Positions 1-10,417 of a DNA stretch of 64,000 bases are shown here, piece after piece. The notes under the pieces were generated by a model, which was not told the DNA's origin, did no database searches, and worked only from the letters and a program-made list of their open reading frames with translations. A program made the position numbers and the translations under genes. Position 1 is the stretch's first letter; each line of letters starts with the position of its first letter. Source of the DNA: Octopus vulgaris (lineage: Eukaryota); assembly GCA_951406725.2 (NCBI GenBank), contig OX597835.1:22630001-22694000 (forward strand), written 5' to 3'.

Positions 1-622
1 TCTTTTATTGTGTTGCTGGTAGTGGCGGTGATGGAATGTTGTTTAACTGCAGGTCAGGTATGGCTGTATGGTAAGAAATTTACTTCCCAACCACATGGTT
101 CCGGGTTCAGTACCTTTGCGTAGCACCTTGGGCAAGTGTCTTCTCTAACCCCAAGTTGACCAAAGCTTTCTGAGCTGACTTGGTCGACGGAAACTAAATA
201 TATTGTAAAAGTGGTAGTGTGAGTTGAGCGAGATTTGGCTGCTATTTCTAGTTGTCGTTTGTAGTGGTCGTGATAGTAGCGTTAGCCTTAACCTTAACTC
301 CCCCTTTCACCTCTTACACACTTTCTTCTACTCATCCTTCTCTCTTCTTTATACCAACCACCCTCGCTCCCCTCTTCACTCTTTCTTTTCCTATCCCTCC
401 CTGTTCCTCTTCCGCTCTCTTTCTGTAACTCTTCCCTCCTACTCTCTTTTTCCCAGTCATACCCTCATACCTTTCCCCTTTCCCATAATTCGTATCCTTT
501 CTCTCTTTTCCCCCTCTCATCAGTTTTCTTTTTCTTAATATACTCTCTATCCCGTCACTTCCTCTCCCTCTCTCTCTATATATATATATCGTCTTCCCCC
601 TTCTCTCCCTGTATGTCTATAT

Positions 623-655
<33 letters not shown>

Positions 656-656
<1 letters not shown>

Positions 657-813
657 TTTATTTTAAGCAGCAGAAAATTCAACAAAATCTGTTACTCTGA
701 GTTTCTCGTTGCCGTTCATCAGACAGTTTTTGCTAGCAAAAACTGTCTGATGAACGACAACGAGAAACTCAGAGTAACAGATTTTGTTGAATTTTCTGCT
801 GCTTAAAATAAAG
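656..813. repeat. 158-bp spacerless palindrome (79-bp arms, one mismatch at 712/757)
   Basis: direct reverse-complement comparison, centred on gct|agc at 734/735. Confidence 0.97.
738..785 (+). ncRNA. Type I minimal hammerhead ribozyme motif (mirror copy on the - strand at 684-731)
   Basis: stem I ctgt/acag, CTGATGA 747-753, short stem II, GAAA 764-767, palindromic stem III actc-a-gagt, GTA site ending at 776. Confidence 0.7.
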
Positions 814-871
814 CATATTACTCTACCACTGGTATTTGAGTACTCTTTTTTCACATTTATGTGTTTACTCC

Positions 872-903
<32 letters not shown>

Positions 904-905
<2 letters not shown>

Positions 906-1102
906 TACTACTAGCGAACAGTGGTCCCGGTGTGCGCGCCCTCGCGCAAGCTAGTCGTGACTAGTCGATCCCACAACGACTTACGTAGCAAAGTAAATAA
1001 AACACAAAAGCACAAAGTAAGGATCAACTAGTCACGACTAGCTAGTGCGGATGCGCGAGTACGCGCGTGCGCGCACCGGGACCACTGTCCGCCAGTAGTA
1101 CC
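904..1102. mobile_element. CpG-rich MITE inserted in (TA)n
   Basis: imperfect TIRs ggtactactagcgaacagtggtcccggtg / caccgggaccactgtccgccagtagtacc, plus an inner inverted repeat at 949-971/1021-1043. Confidence 0.85.
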
Positions 1103-1134
<32 letters not shown>

Positions 1135-2327
1135 TATAAAATCTTCAACCCTCTCTTTCTCGTCATCTTTCATACATTTTTTGCCTCCCATTTATTTGTA
1201 TTCCCCCCTAAAATTCCACCCCAATAGTTATACTCTTCACACCACATTGAACTGCCCCCCCCCTCTCTCTTCGTCTTCTCTCACTACCACTCTTCCCCGA
1301 CTCCACACATTGTTTTCGTTCTGTTGCTTTTCTTGTGGAGACTTCTCTTACAAAGCAGCTGTAGTAGTATTAGTAGTAGTGTCTATTATTGTTATTTATA
1401 GTAATGACTGGAACAGTGATAGTAGCTATATAGTATAGGCGCTGGTGTTGGTGGTGTCTTAGTGGTGATAATCGTAAATGCGACGGTGGTGGTGGTGGTG
1501 GCGGCGGCGGTGGTAATATTCGTATGGCTTGTGGGTAGGAGCGAGGGAGGGAGGAATGAAATTTTTTAACATATTCCCGTATATAAGCCTTCCATACCAA
1601 CAGCAACAATAATTTTTTCAATCACCAATTACCCGCCCCACCCACGCTACCACTGCCTTACTACTACTACTACTATTACTACTACTACTACTACTGCTGC
1701 TGCTGCGGCTACTGCTGCTACTTGTTATGCATGAGTTATCACCGCTGATAAATAACATCACTGGTGATACGGGTGGTGGGTGTAGTAGTAGTAGTAATAG
1801 TAATAATGATGTGGGGGGGGTCTGTCTTTCTCTACTGCACTTAATTAGTACTGCTGGTTACTGGTACTAATCACAACACAAATTAATAATACCACTACCA
1901 CCACCACCACACCAACACTACCTCAAGTGTCGTAGAAACATTTGCCACGAATACCAATCCAGCAGTAACCCACACAGTACCACATCCAGTTTTAGTAGTT
2001 ACATTAGCACCAGTACCACCTGCCACCAACACCACCACGACCACCACCATCTTCACCTCTACCAAGGGTTCCCATCTCGTCTCCACACCATTCATGCATG
2101 TCTGCGCATGTTTCCTCTTCACTTGTCATGTTGGACACTTCGTGATATCTTTACGGTTACGCGCGCGGGCGCGCGGAGTCTCGCTGTGTCACTACACCCC
2201 GCCCCCACCCCCCGCCACCGCCCTCGGGTTTTGTTTAGCGAATGAAATCTTTCCATGCCAGATGTGCGTGTCCTGTTTTGTTTTGTTTTTGTTTTTTGTT
2301 TCGTTCCCCCCCACCCGCTTCCTGTAG

Positions 2328-2547
2328 TTCCTCTCCCACTCAAGTCTGTGTGCCACTGCATGAGCCACAAGAGCCTGGCTAAGATTGTGCAGTAAATGCA
2401 ACAGCTGCAACAACATGAACGAAAAATGTCATGGTCACCATGATCATGATCGTCATCATCATCATCATCATCACGATCTGAGCTCTTTGGCACCCCACAT
2501 CCTCTTGTACAAACCCACCCCATTTATTTGTCTACCTGACAACTTGT
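2328..2547 (+). other. Candidate alternative upstream SMG7 exon (poison exon, or 5' exon with uORFs)
   Basis: pyrimidine tract + tgtag at 2327; gtaagt donor at 2548; ATG at 2415 reads open to a phase-1 donor compatible with exon 8082. Confidence 0.45.
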
Positions 2548-4759
2548 GTAAGTCTTTCCGCCTACTTGTCCGGGTCGTCTCTCTCTCTCTCTCACTCCCA
2601 CCCCCGTTTGTTCTGTTTATGTTCTGTCTGTTTCTGTCTATCTTTCCTGTCTGTACCCATTTGTGCCTCTATGCAACAATTAGCAACGCAAATTTAAATT
2701 CAGAATGATAGAATTATGCAACTTTGGTGCTCCCTTTCTTGACTAAAAAGATCTTGCTTGCTTACACATGCTAGAACTCATCTATGAAAAAACCTCATTT
2801 TCTTTGTCTTCCTGAATATTGCCCCCAAAGTGCACCAAGCATCTTAGCTACTTTTTCAGGGCCAGTATTTAACATTGAGCTATTAATGATTATCTAAAAG
2901 GCTTAAGATCCTTTGTTCTCATATTATCTGTCGCTGTATTCAGAAATATGTCATTCACCATTTGTTTTGTTTCTTATAATCTTCATATTCCTGCGGTTTC
3001 TTCATTTGTCTTTTACTATTACCATCCACCTGATCACTCTCAACCTCTCTTCTGCTTTGGCCTTTCTCTCATACCCTAACCCCTTGTTGCATAACAAAGT
3101 CACCCCACTGGCTATGTGGGCAGACCAATATTCCCCTTGAACAGAACACCATTCCACCACAGGGTTACCCATTTACAGCTGAGCGGACTGGAGTAGCATA
3201 AAATGAAGTTTTGCTCAAGAATGCAAAATACTACTCAGTCTGGAAATTGAAACCATGACCACAAGGTCATGAGTGCAGCAGCCTAACCACTAGGCCACAC
3301 ATCCTCACAATTGACATAATGTCACTCACTGACATACCCCAATCTCTGCTCTACAAACATGCTGTCATCTCTCTGCCTTTTTCTATTGTTACTTTGATGG
3401 CCTCTATTCCTCAGAATTGGCTCAACTCGTGCCACCTCCACTCATTTCTCCCGCCCTACTCATTCATCTCTTGTCACTCAAGTGACATCATCAGTAAGCC
3501 TTGTAACCTACAATCCTTACACCAACTGCTGTTCACAATCCTTCCTCCCCAGAGTGTCAATCCTCTGGAATTCCCTCCTCACTCAGGAGTTTTCTATAGG
3601 TGTCAGAATGTTAATGGTATCAGTCTCATTGATTTGCCAGGGCCTATAGCGGTCATGCACACAACCCCTTGCTCTGGATCTAGCAAATACAAGAGAAAAA
3701 AAAAACCAGGTTTAATTTTATCATGACTGTCATTGTTTGAGTGAGTAAACCAAGTTTTATAATTATTCTATGGTTGAGCTACTAACAGTGGAAAAAAAGC
3801 TGCTAGCCATAAATAATATGGGGTCAATTAAAAGCATTTCATTCAAGCCTTAGTTTGTATAAATGTGTGCAAAGTATTTTGTGAAGAAAAACTTCTGTTG
3901 CTCTGAAAGCCAAGCTTAAAACAAGCTACCATATGACTATGCTCTTTTCTGCATTACATTGGTAGAATTAAATAAATTATTGGGGCACGTAAAAAGCACC
4001 ATCTGAACATGGCCGATGCCAGCGGCACATAAAAAGCACCAACCGATCGTGGCCGTTGCCAGCCTTCCCTGGCATCTGTGCCGGTGGCATGTAAAAAGCA
4101 CCCACTACACTCACAAAGTGGTTGGCGTTAGGAAGGGCATCCAGCTGTAGAAACACTGCCAGATCAGACTGGAGCCCGGTGCAGCCTCCTGGCTTTCCAG
4201 ACCCTGGTCGAACCGTCCAACCCATGCTAGCATGGAAAACGGACGTTAAACGATGATGATGATGAGAGCCAAGCTGAATAGCTTCAGAGATAAGGACATC
4301 GGATATCACAGTTTGTATCTGTTTGAAGCCTATCGTTATAATCTTCAAATCTAAAGCCTGTAGTTGTATTGATCTTAGAGCATAGGCTTTAGACTTGCCT
4401 ATCTTTGCATGTGAAGACTGGATCTGGCAAACTCTGTGGAAGAAACCTTGATGCCTCAACAGAGAATGTGGCTGCAACAACTCCTTATGGAATCCAGAGG
4501 GCTAGATGAAGCAAGCAAGACATTTGGTCATCCATTACATCTATCTTCATCCCTTGACTTAGTTTTATCACTGGACTGAAGATGGTCATGGATGAGAAAG
4601 TGAGGTTGGCAATGTGCAACTCTTCTTCTCTTTAAATAAAGTCATTACATAAAGTCATCAGTCATCTTCAGGATGACTAAATGGTCATCTTCACTCTGAC
4701 AAACATGCATAGCATAAGATTTAGTGGTTTAGGGTCTATAACATAACCATTGCCCAGTA

Positions 4760-5085
4760 CAGTGGTTCTCAGCTGGAGTCTGTATGGCCCCTGGGGTGCA
4801 TATAAGATTTTTGGGGGTTCATGAAAGCAAAATAGTAAATTGGGGACTCACAGTAGTATATTAAGGGTCCATAAAAAATTTTGCTTTGGATGTAATTATT
4901 GCAAGAAACAGGTTTTACATAGTTCAACCTACAAAAGTTAATGTGAGAAAAGCAAAATAGGGATTTTGGAAGGAGTTTCTATAAAACTAGTTTTTAAACA
5001 TCAAATGGCAATGGGAGAAGGGGTACCAGAATAAAATAGTAATCAAAGGTGTCCATGGATAAACAAAAATGGTTGAGAACCTCTG
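4760..5085. mobile_element. hAT/Charlie-like MITE (3' half repeated at about 5550-5714; related copies 16220-16594, 30758-30945)
   Basis: termini cagtggttctca ... tgagaacc(t/a)ctg. Confidence 0.7.
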
Positions 5086-5142
5086 CTTTAGATGTATGTA
5101 TTGGTATGTATTGCAAGAAACAGATGGGTTTCTTCCTCGAAC

Positions 5143-5302
5143 AGGCTGTGTGGTAAGTAGCTTGCTAACCAACCACATGGTTCCGGATCAGTCCCAATGC
5201 ATGGCATCTTGGGCAAGTGTCATCTGCTATAGCCCCGGGCCGACCAATGCCTTGTGAGTGGATTTGGTAGACGGAAACTGAAAGAAGCCTGTCGTATATA
5301 TG

Positions 5303-5333
<31 letters not shown>

Positions 5334-5550
5334 TTGTGTGTCTGTGTTTGTTCCCCTAGCATTGCTTGACAACCGATGCTGGTGTGTTTACGTCCCCGTC
5401 ACTTAGCGGTTCGGCAAAAAGAGACCGATAGAATAAGTACTGGGCTACAAAAAGAATAAGTCCCGGGATCAACTTGCTCGACTAAAGGCGGTGCTCCAGC
5501 ATGGCCGCAGTCAAATGACTGAAACAAGTAAAAGAGTAAAAGAGAGAGAG
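5143..5550 (+). mobile_element. SINE family A (tRNA-like head, CORE-like segment, internal (TA)/(TG) tract)
   Basis: near-identical to the copies at 22777, 34211, 37021 and 60072; A/B-box-like head ggctgtgtggtaag..ggttcagtccc; tail gaaacaagtaaaagag. Confidence 0.9.
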
Positions 5551-6664
5551 AGTTCAACTTAAACAAGTTAATGTGTGGAAAACAAAAGAGGAAATTTGAA
5601 AGAAGCTTCTACCAAACTAGTTTTTAAACATCAAATGTCTGTGGGAGTATACCAGAATAAAATAGTAATCAAAGGGGTCCATAGATAAAAAAGAAAAAAT
5701 GGTTGAGAACCACTGCTCTTGTGCTTATAATACAGGTTTTGGTTGTTTAATGCCTGAGTGTAGGCTCTGGTTGTTGGGTGCCCTTAGTGTGAGTTTTAGT
5801 TGTCGAGTGCCTGTAGCACAAATTGTAATGGTCCTGTGTGTATAGTATAGTATTTAGAACCTGTGGGGAAGACATGGTTGGTTGATCAATAACTATAATT
5901 GCATTTTTATTGGCATTTACCTTCGAGGCTAAACTGACATTTGAACTTGGGATCTGAGTAACCAAATCCAGCTGATATGCGTTAATGACTAAATGAGAAC
6001 AAATCTCAATTAGTTTGAATGTTCTACTGGTATAGACATGAAGATCTTTAGATCTGGTGACCATTATTGAGGCCTGATTTGATGATAAAACCATAGCTGG
6101 GGTGCACCTACAGCGCAGGTTTTAGCTGGGTTGTGCTTATAGTGCAAGCTTCAGCCTGGTTGCACCAACAGCACAGGCTTTAGCTCTGACATACTTATAG
6201 CATATAATGCAAGCTTTAGCCATGTTGTACTTCTTGCACAGAAGTTAGCTGTCCCATACTTTGACTATACTACCACCCTCATTAAGTCGAGCAATGCGAT
6301 ATTTAATTACATGAAGTTGTTGTAAACAGCTGGAGGTCAAAGTTGATTTAACCTAAATTATTTAAAACTCCTCATCTCTGGGCTTCATGTCTAATACTAG
6401 AGATGGTGAAATTTGAGGTCATGTTGTCAATTTCTGTGAAAGGCACCAGTGTGGTACATGAACTTTCTACAACTGACAAGTCAGTCGTACATACTAAATT
6501 ATCTTTCATTCTTCCACTAGTAACGTGTCAGTGACCAGCCCTGCTTCTTTGATACAAAACCCTTTTACTTCACTCTTTTGCATTTAAACTGGCCATATCT
6601 GGCCCAAATATTCTACCAGTTTTATGTTAAAAGTGACCAAATCCAACATTTCACACCTACCCTA

Positions 6665-6895
6665 CAAGGACGATTTCATCTCAATCGAAGGAGAGGGGCT
6701 TTCTCCATCCAGGTTGCGGATCCGTGGAATAAGCTGCCGGACGAGATAGTGAGGATGCCGACGACCGCTCGGTTCAAAGTCTCTCTTGACCAGAAATGGC
6801 CTGAACTCTTTGCATGAACACCCCCGTACATAACTCCATGTCCCCCTACATGGCCTTGCTTTTTGCTTTTTGAGCCAAAAAATTAACTTAACTTA
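6665..6895 (+). mobile_element. CR1/L2-type LINE 3' fragment
   Basis: RRRGAFSIQVADPWNKLPDEIV: the F..RV...WN.LP C-terminal ORF2 motif. Confidence 0.65.
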
Positions 6896-8081
6896 AAAAT
6901 ATGCAATCACACCATTGAAATTTTGAAGCTACAAAATAATGTGTAATTAATTCAAAACAATGTGAAAAAATATGCATTACATTTGACTAAGACATCTGAA
7001 TGCTATAGGGTTGAACTGACCATAGCTGGCCCAAATATTCTACCTGTTTTAATTAGTATTTTAAAGGGTTAATCATTTTCTGACTAGGATATAAGTACTG
7101 AAGTCAATTTTGTTAAAATCAAAATCGTAATCTATCAACATTAATAGAATTTGTAGCTGTGATACCAGTGCCGGTGGCATGTAAGAGAACCATCCGAACG
7201 TGGCCGTAGCCAGCCTCGTCTGGCACCACCTGTGCCGGTGGCATGTAAAAAGCACCCACTACACTCACGGAGTGGTTGGCGTTAGGAAGGGCATCCACCT
7301 GTAGAAACACTGCCAGATCAGACTGGGTCTGGTGCAGCCTTCTGGCTTCCCAGACCCCAGTTGAACCGTCCAACCCATGCCAGCATGGAAAGCGGATGCT
7401 AAACGATGATTTCCATCAAAATACTTTGTATGTTTCTGTCAATTTTAATATGATCAACAATCCAGAAAAATTCAGTAAAGTTCTTGTCTCCCTCCACTTA
7501 TTAGGAGGACAGGAGTTGTAGTTGAACTTAATATAAAAGTTCTCACCTAAAATTGTATTGGAAGGTATTGAGATGGTCTCTGTCAGGCTGGTGTCAAAAG
7601 GGTTAGTGTTCATATTTGAATTAAAGGCACATAATCTTGACCTCACATCTCTCTCTCTCTCTCTCCCGAAAGGATGAAAGCAAAGTTGACCTTGGCGGAA
7701 TTTGAACTCAGAACTCAATGGACAAAATGCTGCAAAGCATTTCGCCCAGCATCCTTTTGGGGGTTGATAAATTCTTTTTTTCTTAGTGTGTGTGCATGTA
7801 GTATTCATTTACTCATTGTCTGCCCTCCAAACCTATTATGTGCACTAATCCTGTACCTCTTAGGTTAACTCTCTATCTATTTTACTCTTTCTCTCTTCCC
7901 TTCTCTCTGCATGATATATACAGCAAGACTGGAGAAACCTACCAACCAACTGTCCAAGGAACATTTACATTTGAATATTAATTATATCGAAATGTTATTA
8001 AATATGTTAACACTAGCCGTAGTTAAAAGTAAATCTGTAAATATTGATTTAACTAAACCCTAAACTTCTTCTCTGTTCTAG

Positions 8082-8199
8082 ATCCTAGCAAGAATGTGTC
8101 TGAAGTTTGGGTATCACGTCAAAAGCTGGAGGATCTTTACAAGAAGCTGCTGATAATGGATTTAGAATATGCTTTGGACAAGAAAGTGGAACAAGACCT
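8082..8199 (+). CDS. SMG7: SMG7 coding exon (first recognisable): (D)PSKNVSEVWVSRQKLEDLYKKLLIMDLEYALDKKVEQDL
   Basis: ttctag acceptor, gtaagt donor; closely matches the vertebrate SMG7 N-terminus (..DLEYALDKKVEQDL); phase 1 in, phase 2 out. Confidence 0.96.
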
Positions 8200-8340
8200 G
8201 TAAGTAACGTCTTTGGACACTTCTTTTACCCCTGTCTTTTATTGTCTGCATTCTGCTGCTCTCATTCTACTTAAACATCTCCTTTCTGGGGACTTTTCTG
8301 TGCATTTCGTATTGGAGGTGTGTGTGTTATATATGTATAT

Positions 8341-8510
8341 AGGCGCAGGAGTGGCTGTGTGGTAAGTAGCTTGCTTACCAACCACATGACTCTGGGTTCA
8401 GTCCTACTGCGTGGCACCTCGGGCAAGTGTCTTCTACTAAAGCCTTGGGTCGACCAAAGCCTTTTGAGTGAATTTGGTAGACGGAAACTGAAAGAAGCAT
8501 GTCATATGTG

Positions 8511-8587
<77 letters not shown>

Positions 8588-8756
8588 GTATATGTATATA
8601 TATATGTATATATATGTATATGTATATGTATATATATATGTATATATATGTATGTATATCTATATATATATGTATATATATATGTATATGTATATATATG
8701 TATATGTATATATATGTATATGTATATATATATATATGTGTATATATATGTATATG

Positions 8757-8787
<31 letters not shown>

Positions 8788-8794
8788 GTATATG

Positions 8795-8859
<65 letters not shown>

Positions 8860-8951
8860 GTATATATATGTATATGTATATATATATATGTATATATATG
8901 TATATGTATATATATATGTATATATATGTATATGTATATATATATATATGT

Positions 8952-8997
<46 letters not shown>

Positions 8998-9250
8998 GTA
9001 TATATATGTATATATGTATATATATGTATATATATATATATGTATGTGTGTGTCTGTGTTTGTCCCCTCAACATCACTTGACAACCGATGCTGGTATGTT
9101 TACGTCTCCGTAGCTTAGCGGTTCAGCAAAAAAAGACCAATAGAATAAATACTAGGCTTACAAAGAATAAGTTCTGGGGGTTGATCTGCTCGACTAAAGG
9201 CGGTGCTCCAGCATGGCCGCAGTCAAATGACTGAAACAAATAAAAGAAAA
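8341..9250 (+). mobile_element. SINE family A copy with greatly expanded internal (TA)/(TATG) tract (about 8503-9045)
   Basis: family head and tail flank about 540 bp of microsatellite. Confidence 0.9.
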
Positions 9251-9336
9251 TATGTATATGTAACAACAGATGGATAAAGTGTCAATTCACTGCAACTGTT
9301 TCCAACGAATTTTGAATTGATTAATGGAGACATTAC

Positions 9337-9808
9337 ATCATCATCATCATCATCATCATCATCGTTTAACGTCCGCTTTCCATGCTAGCATGGGTTGGAC
9401 GGTTCAACTGGGGTCTGGGGAGCCCGAAGGCTGCACCAGGCCAGTCAGATCTGGCAGTGTTTCTACAGCTGGATGCCCTTCCTAACGCCAACCACTCCGA
9501 GAGTGTAGTGGGTGATTTTATGTGCCACCGACACAGGTGCCAGACGAGGCTGGCAAATGGCCACGCTCGGATGGTGTTTTTTATGCCACCGACACAGTTG
9601 CCAGACGAGGCTGGCGAACGGCCACGCTCGGATGGTGTTTTTTATGTCCCACCGACACAGGTGCCAGACGAGGCTGGCAGACGGCCACGCTCGGATGGTG
9701 TTTTTTATGTGCCACCGACACAGGTGCCAGACGAGGCTGGCAGACGGCCACGCTCGAATGGTGTTTTTTATGTGCCACCGACACAGGTGCCAGACGAGGC
9801 TGGCGAAC
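9337..9808 (-). mobile_element. Family C non-autonomous RTE-tail retroelement with about 4.5 internal tandem units of about 62 bp (other copies near 3985-4265, 7115-7410, 20107-20525, 32100-32385, 48031-48245, 50250-50900, 51980-52485, 54865-55275, 59398-59615)
   Basis: shared ggatgcccttcctaacgccaaccactcc core and (GAT)n 3' tail; same 3' end as the RTE remnant at 10418. Confidence 0.8.
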
Positions 9809-10033
9809 TAGAAAAAAACATTTTCACCAGAGGAATATCTGAACCACAATATTTGGCTATTGATATACTCAGTCGGGTACAGTTAACTGTGTACATAACT
9901 TGAATATTTTTTTCTAACTGTACTTTGGTACTCACATATGCATTCCTCTATTTTTGTTGTGTACACATTTTACTTTTTGACCCGACCTGGTGCCTTACCA
10001 TTTAAGTGCCTGGTTCACTTGAATTCTGATCTA

Positions 10034-10174
10034 TTAGGTTGTCCCAAAAGTTCATAAACACTTGCGAAAATTGAATTTTTACTCGTCAAGTACTAACAAA
10101 AACAACAAAAATTATTCCTCAAAATAAAGACCATTATTTTCCAAGACTTTCTACGAACTTTTGGGACAACCTTA
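10034..10174. mobile_element. Tc1/mariner-type MITE
   Basis: TIR ttaggttgtcccaaaagttc / gaacttttgggacaacctta, flanked by TA. Confidence 0.85.
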
Positions 10175-10417
10175 TATTATGTGTGTGTGTAATCCATGCC
10201 AGCATGGAGAAAAAAAAGGACATTAAATGATGTTGATGATCGACTTAATCCATTTGGCTGTCCTTGTTTGTCCTCTCTGTGTGTAACCTCTTGTGGACAG
10301 TAAAAAGATAAGTAAACTGTAGTTAGTGTGTGTGGTACAGACACTAAAATATGAAGAAATCATCATCATCATTTTAATGTCCTCTTTTCCACACACGCAC
10401 ACACACATGTATACACA

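Noticed and set aside
1-8081. Canonical SMG7 start exon and short second exon
   Set aside because: No convincing match found by eye; probably upstream of the window, though a microexon could have been missed
8320-9118. Several 180-250 aa ORFs rich in Y/I/M/C
   Set aside because: Translations of a (TA)/(TG) microsatellite
9525-9805. 62-bp tandem repeats with open frames
   Set aside because: Internal VNTR of retroelement family C; no spacers and no coding evidence
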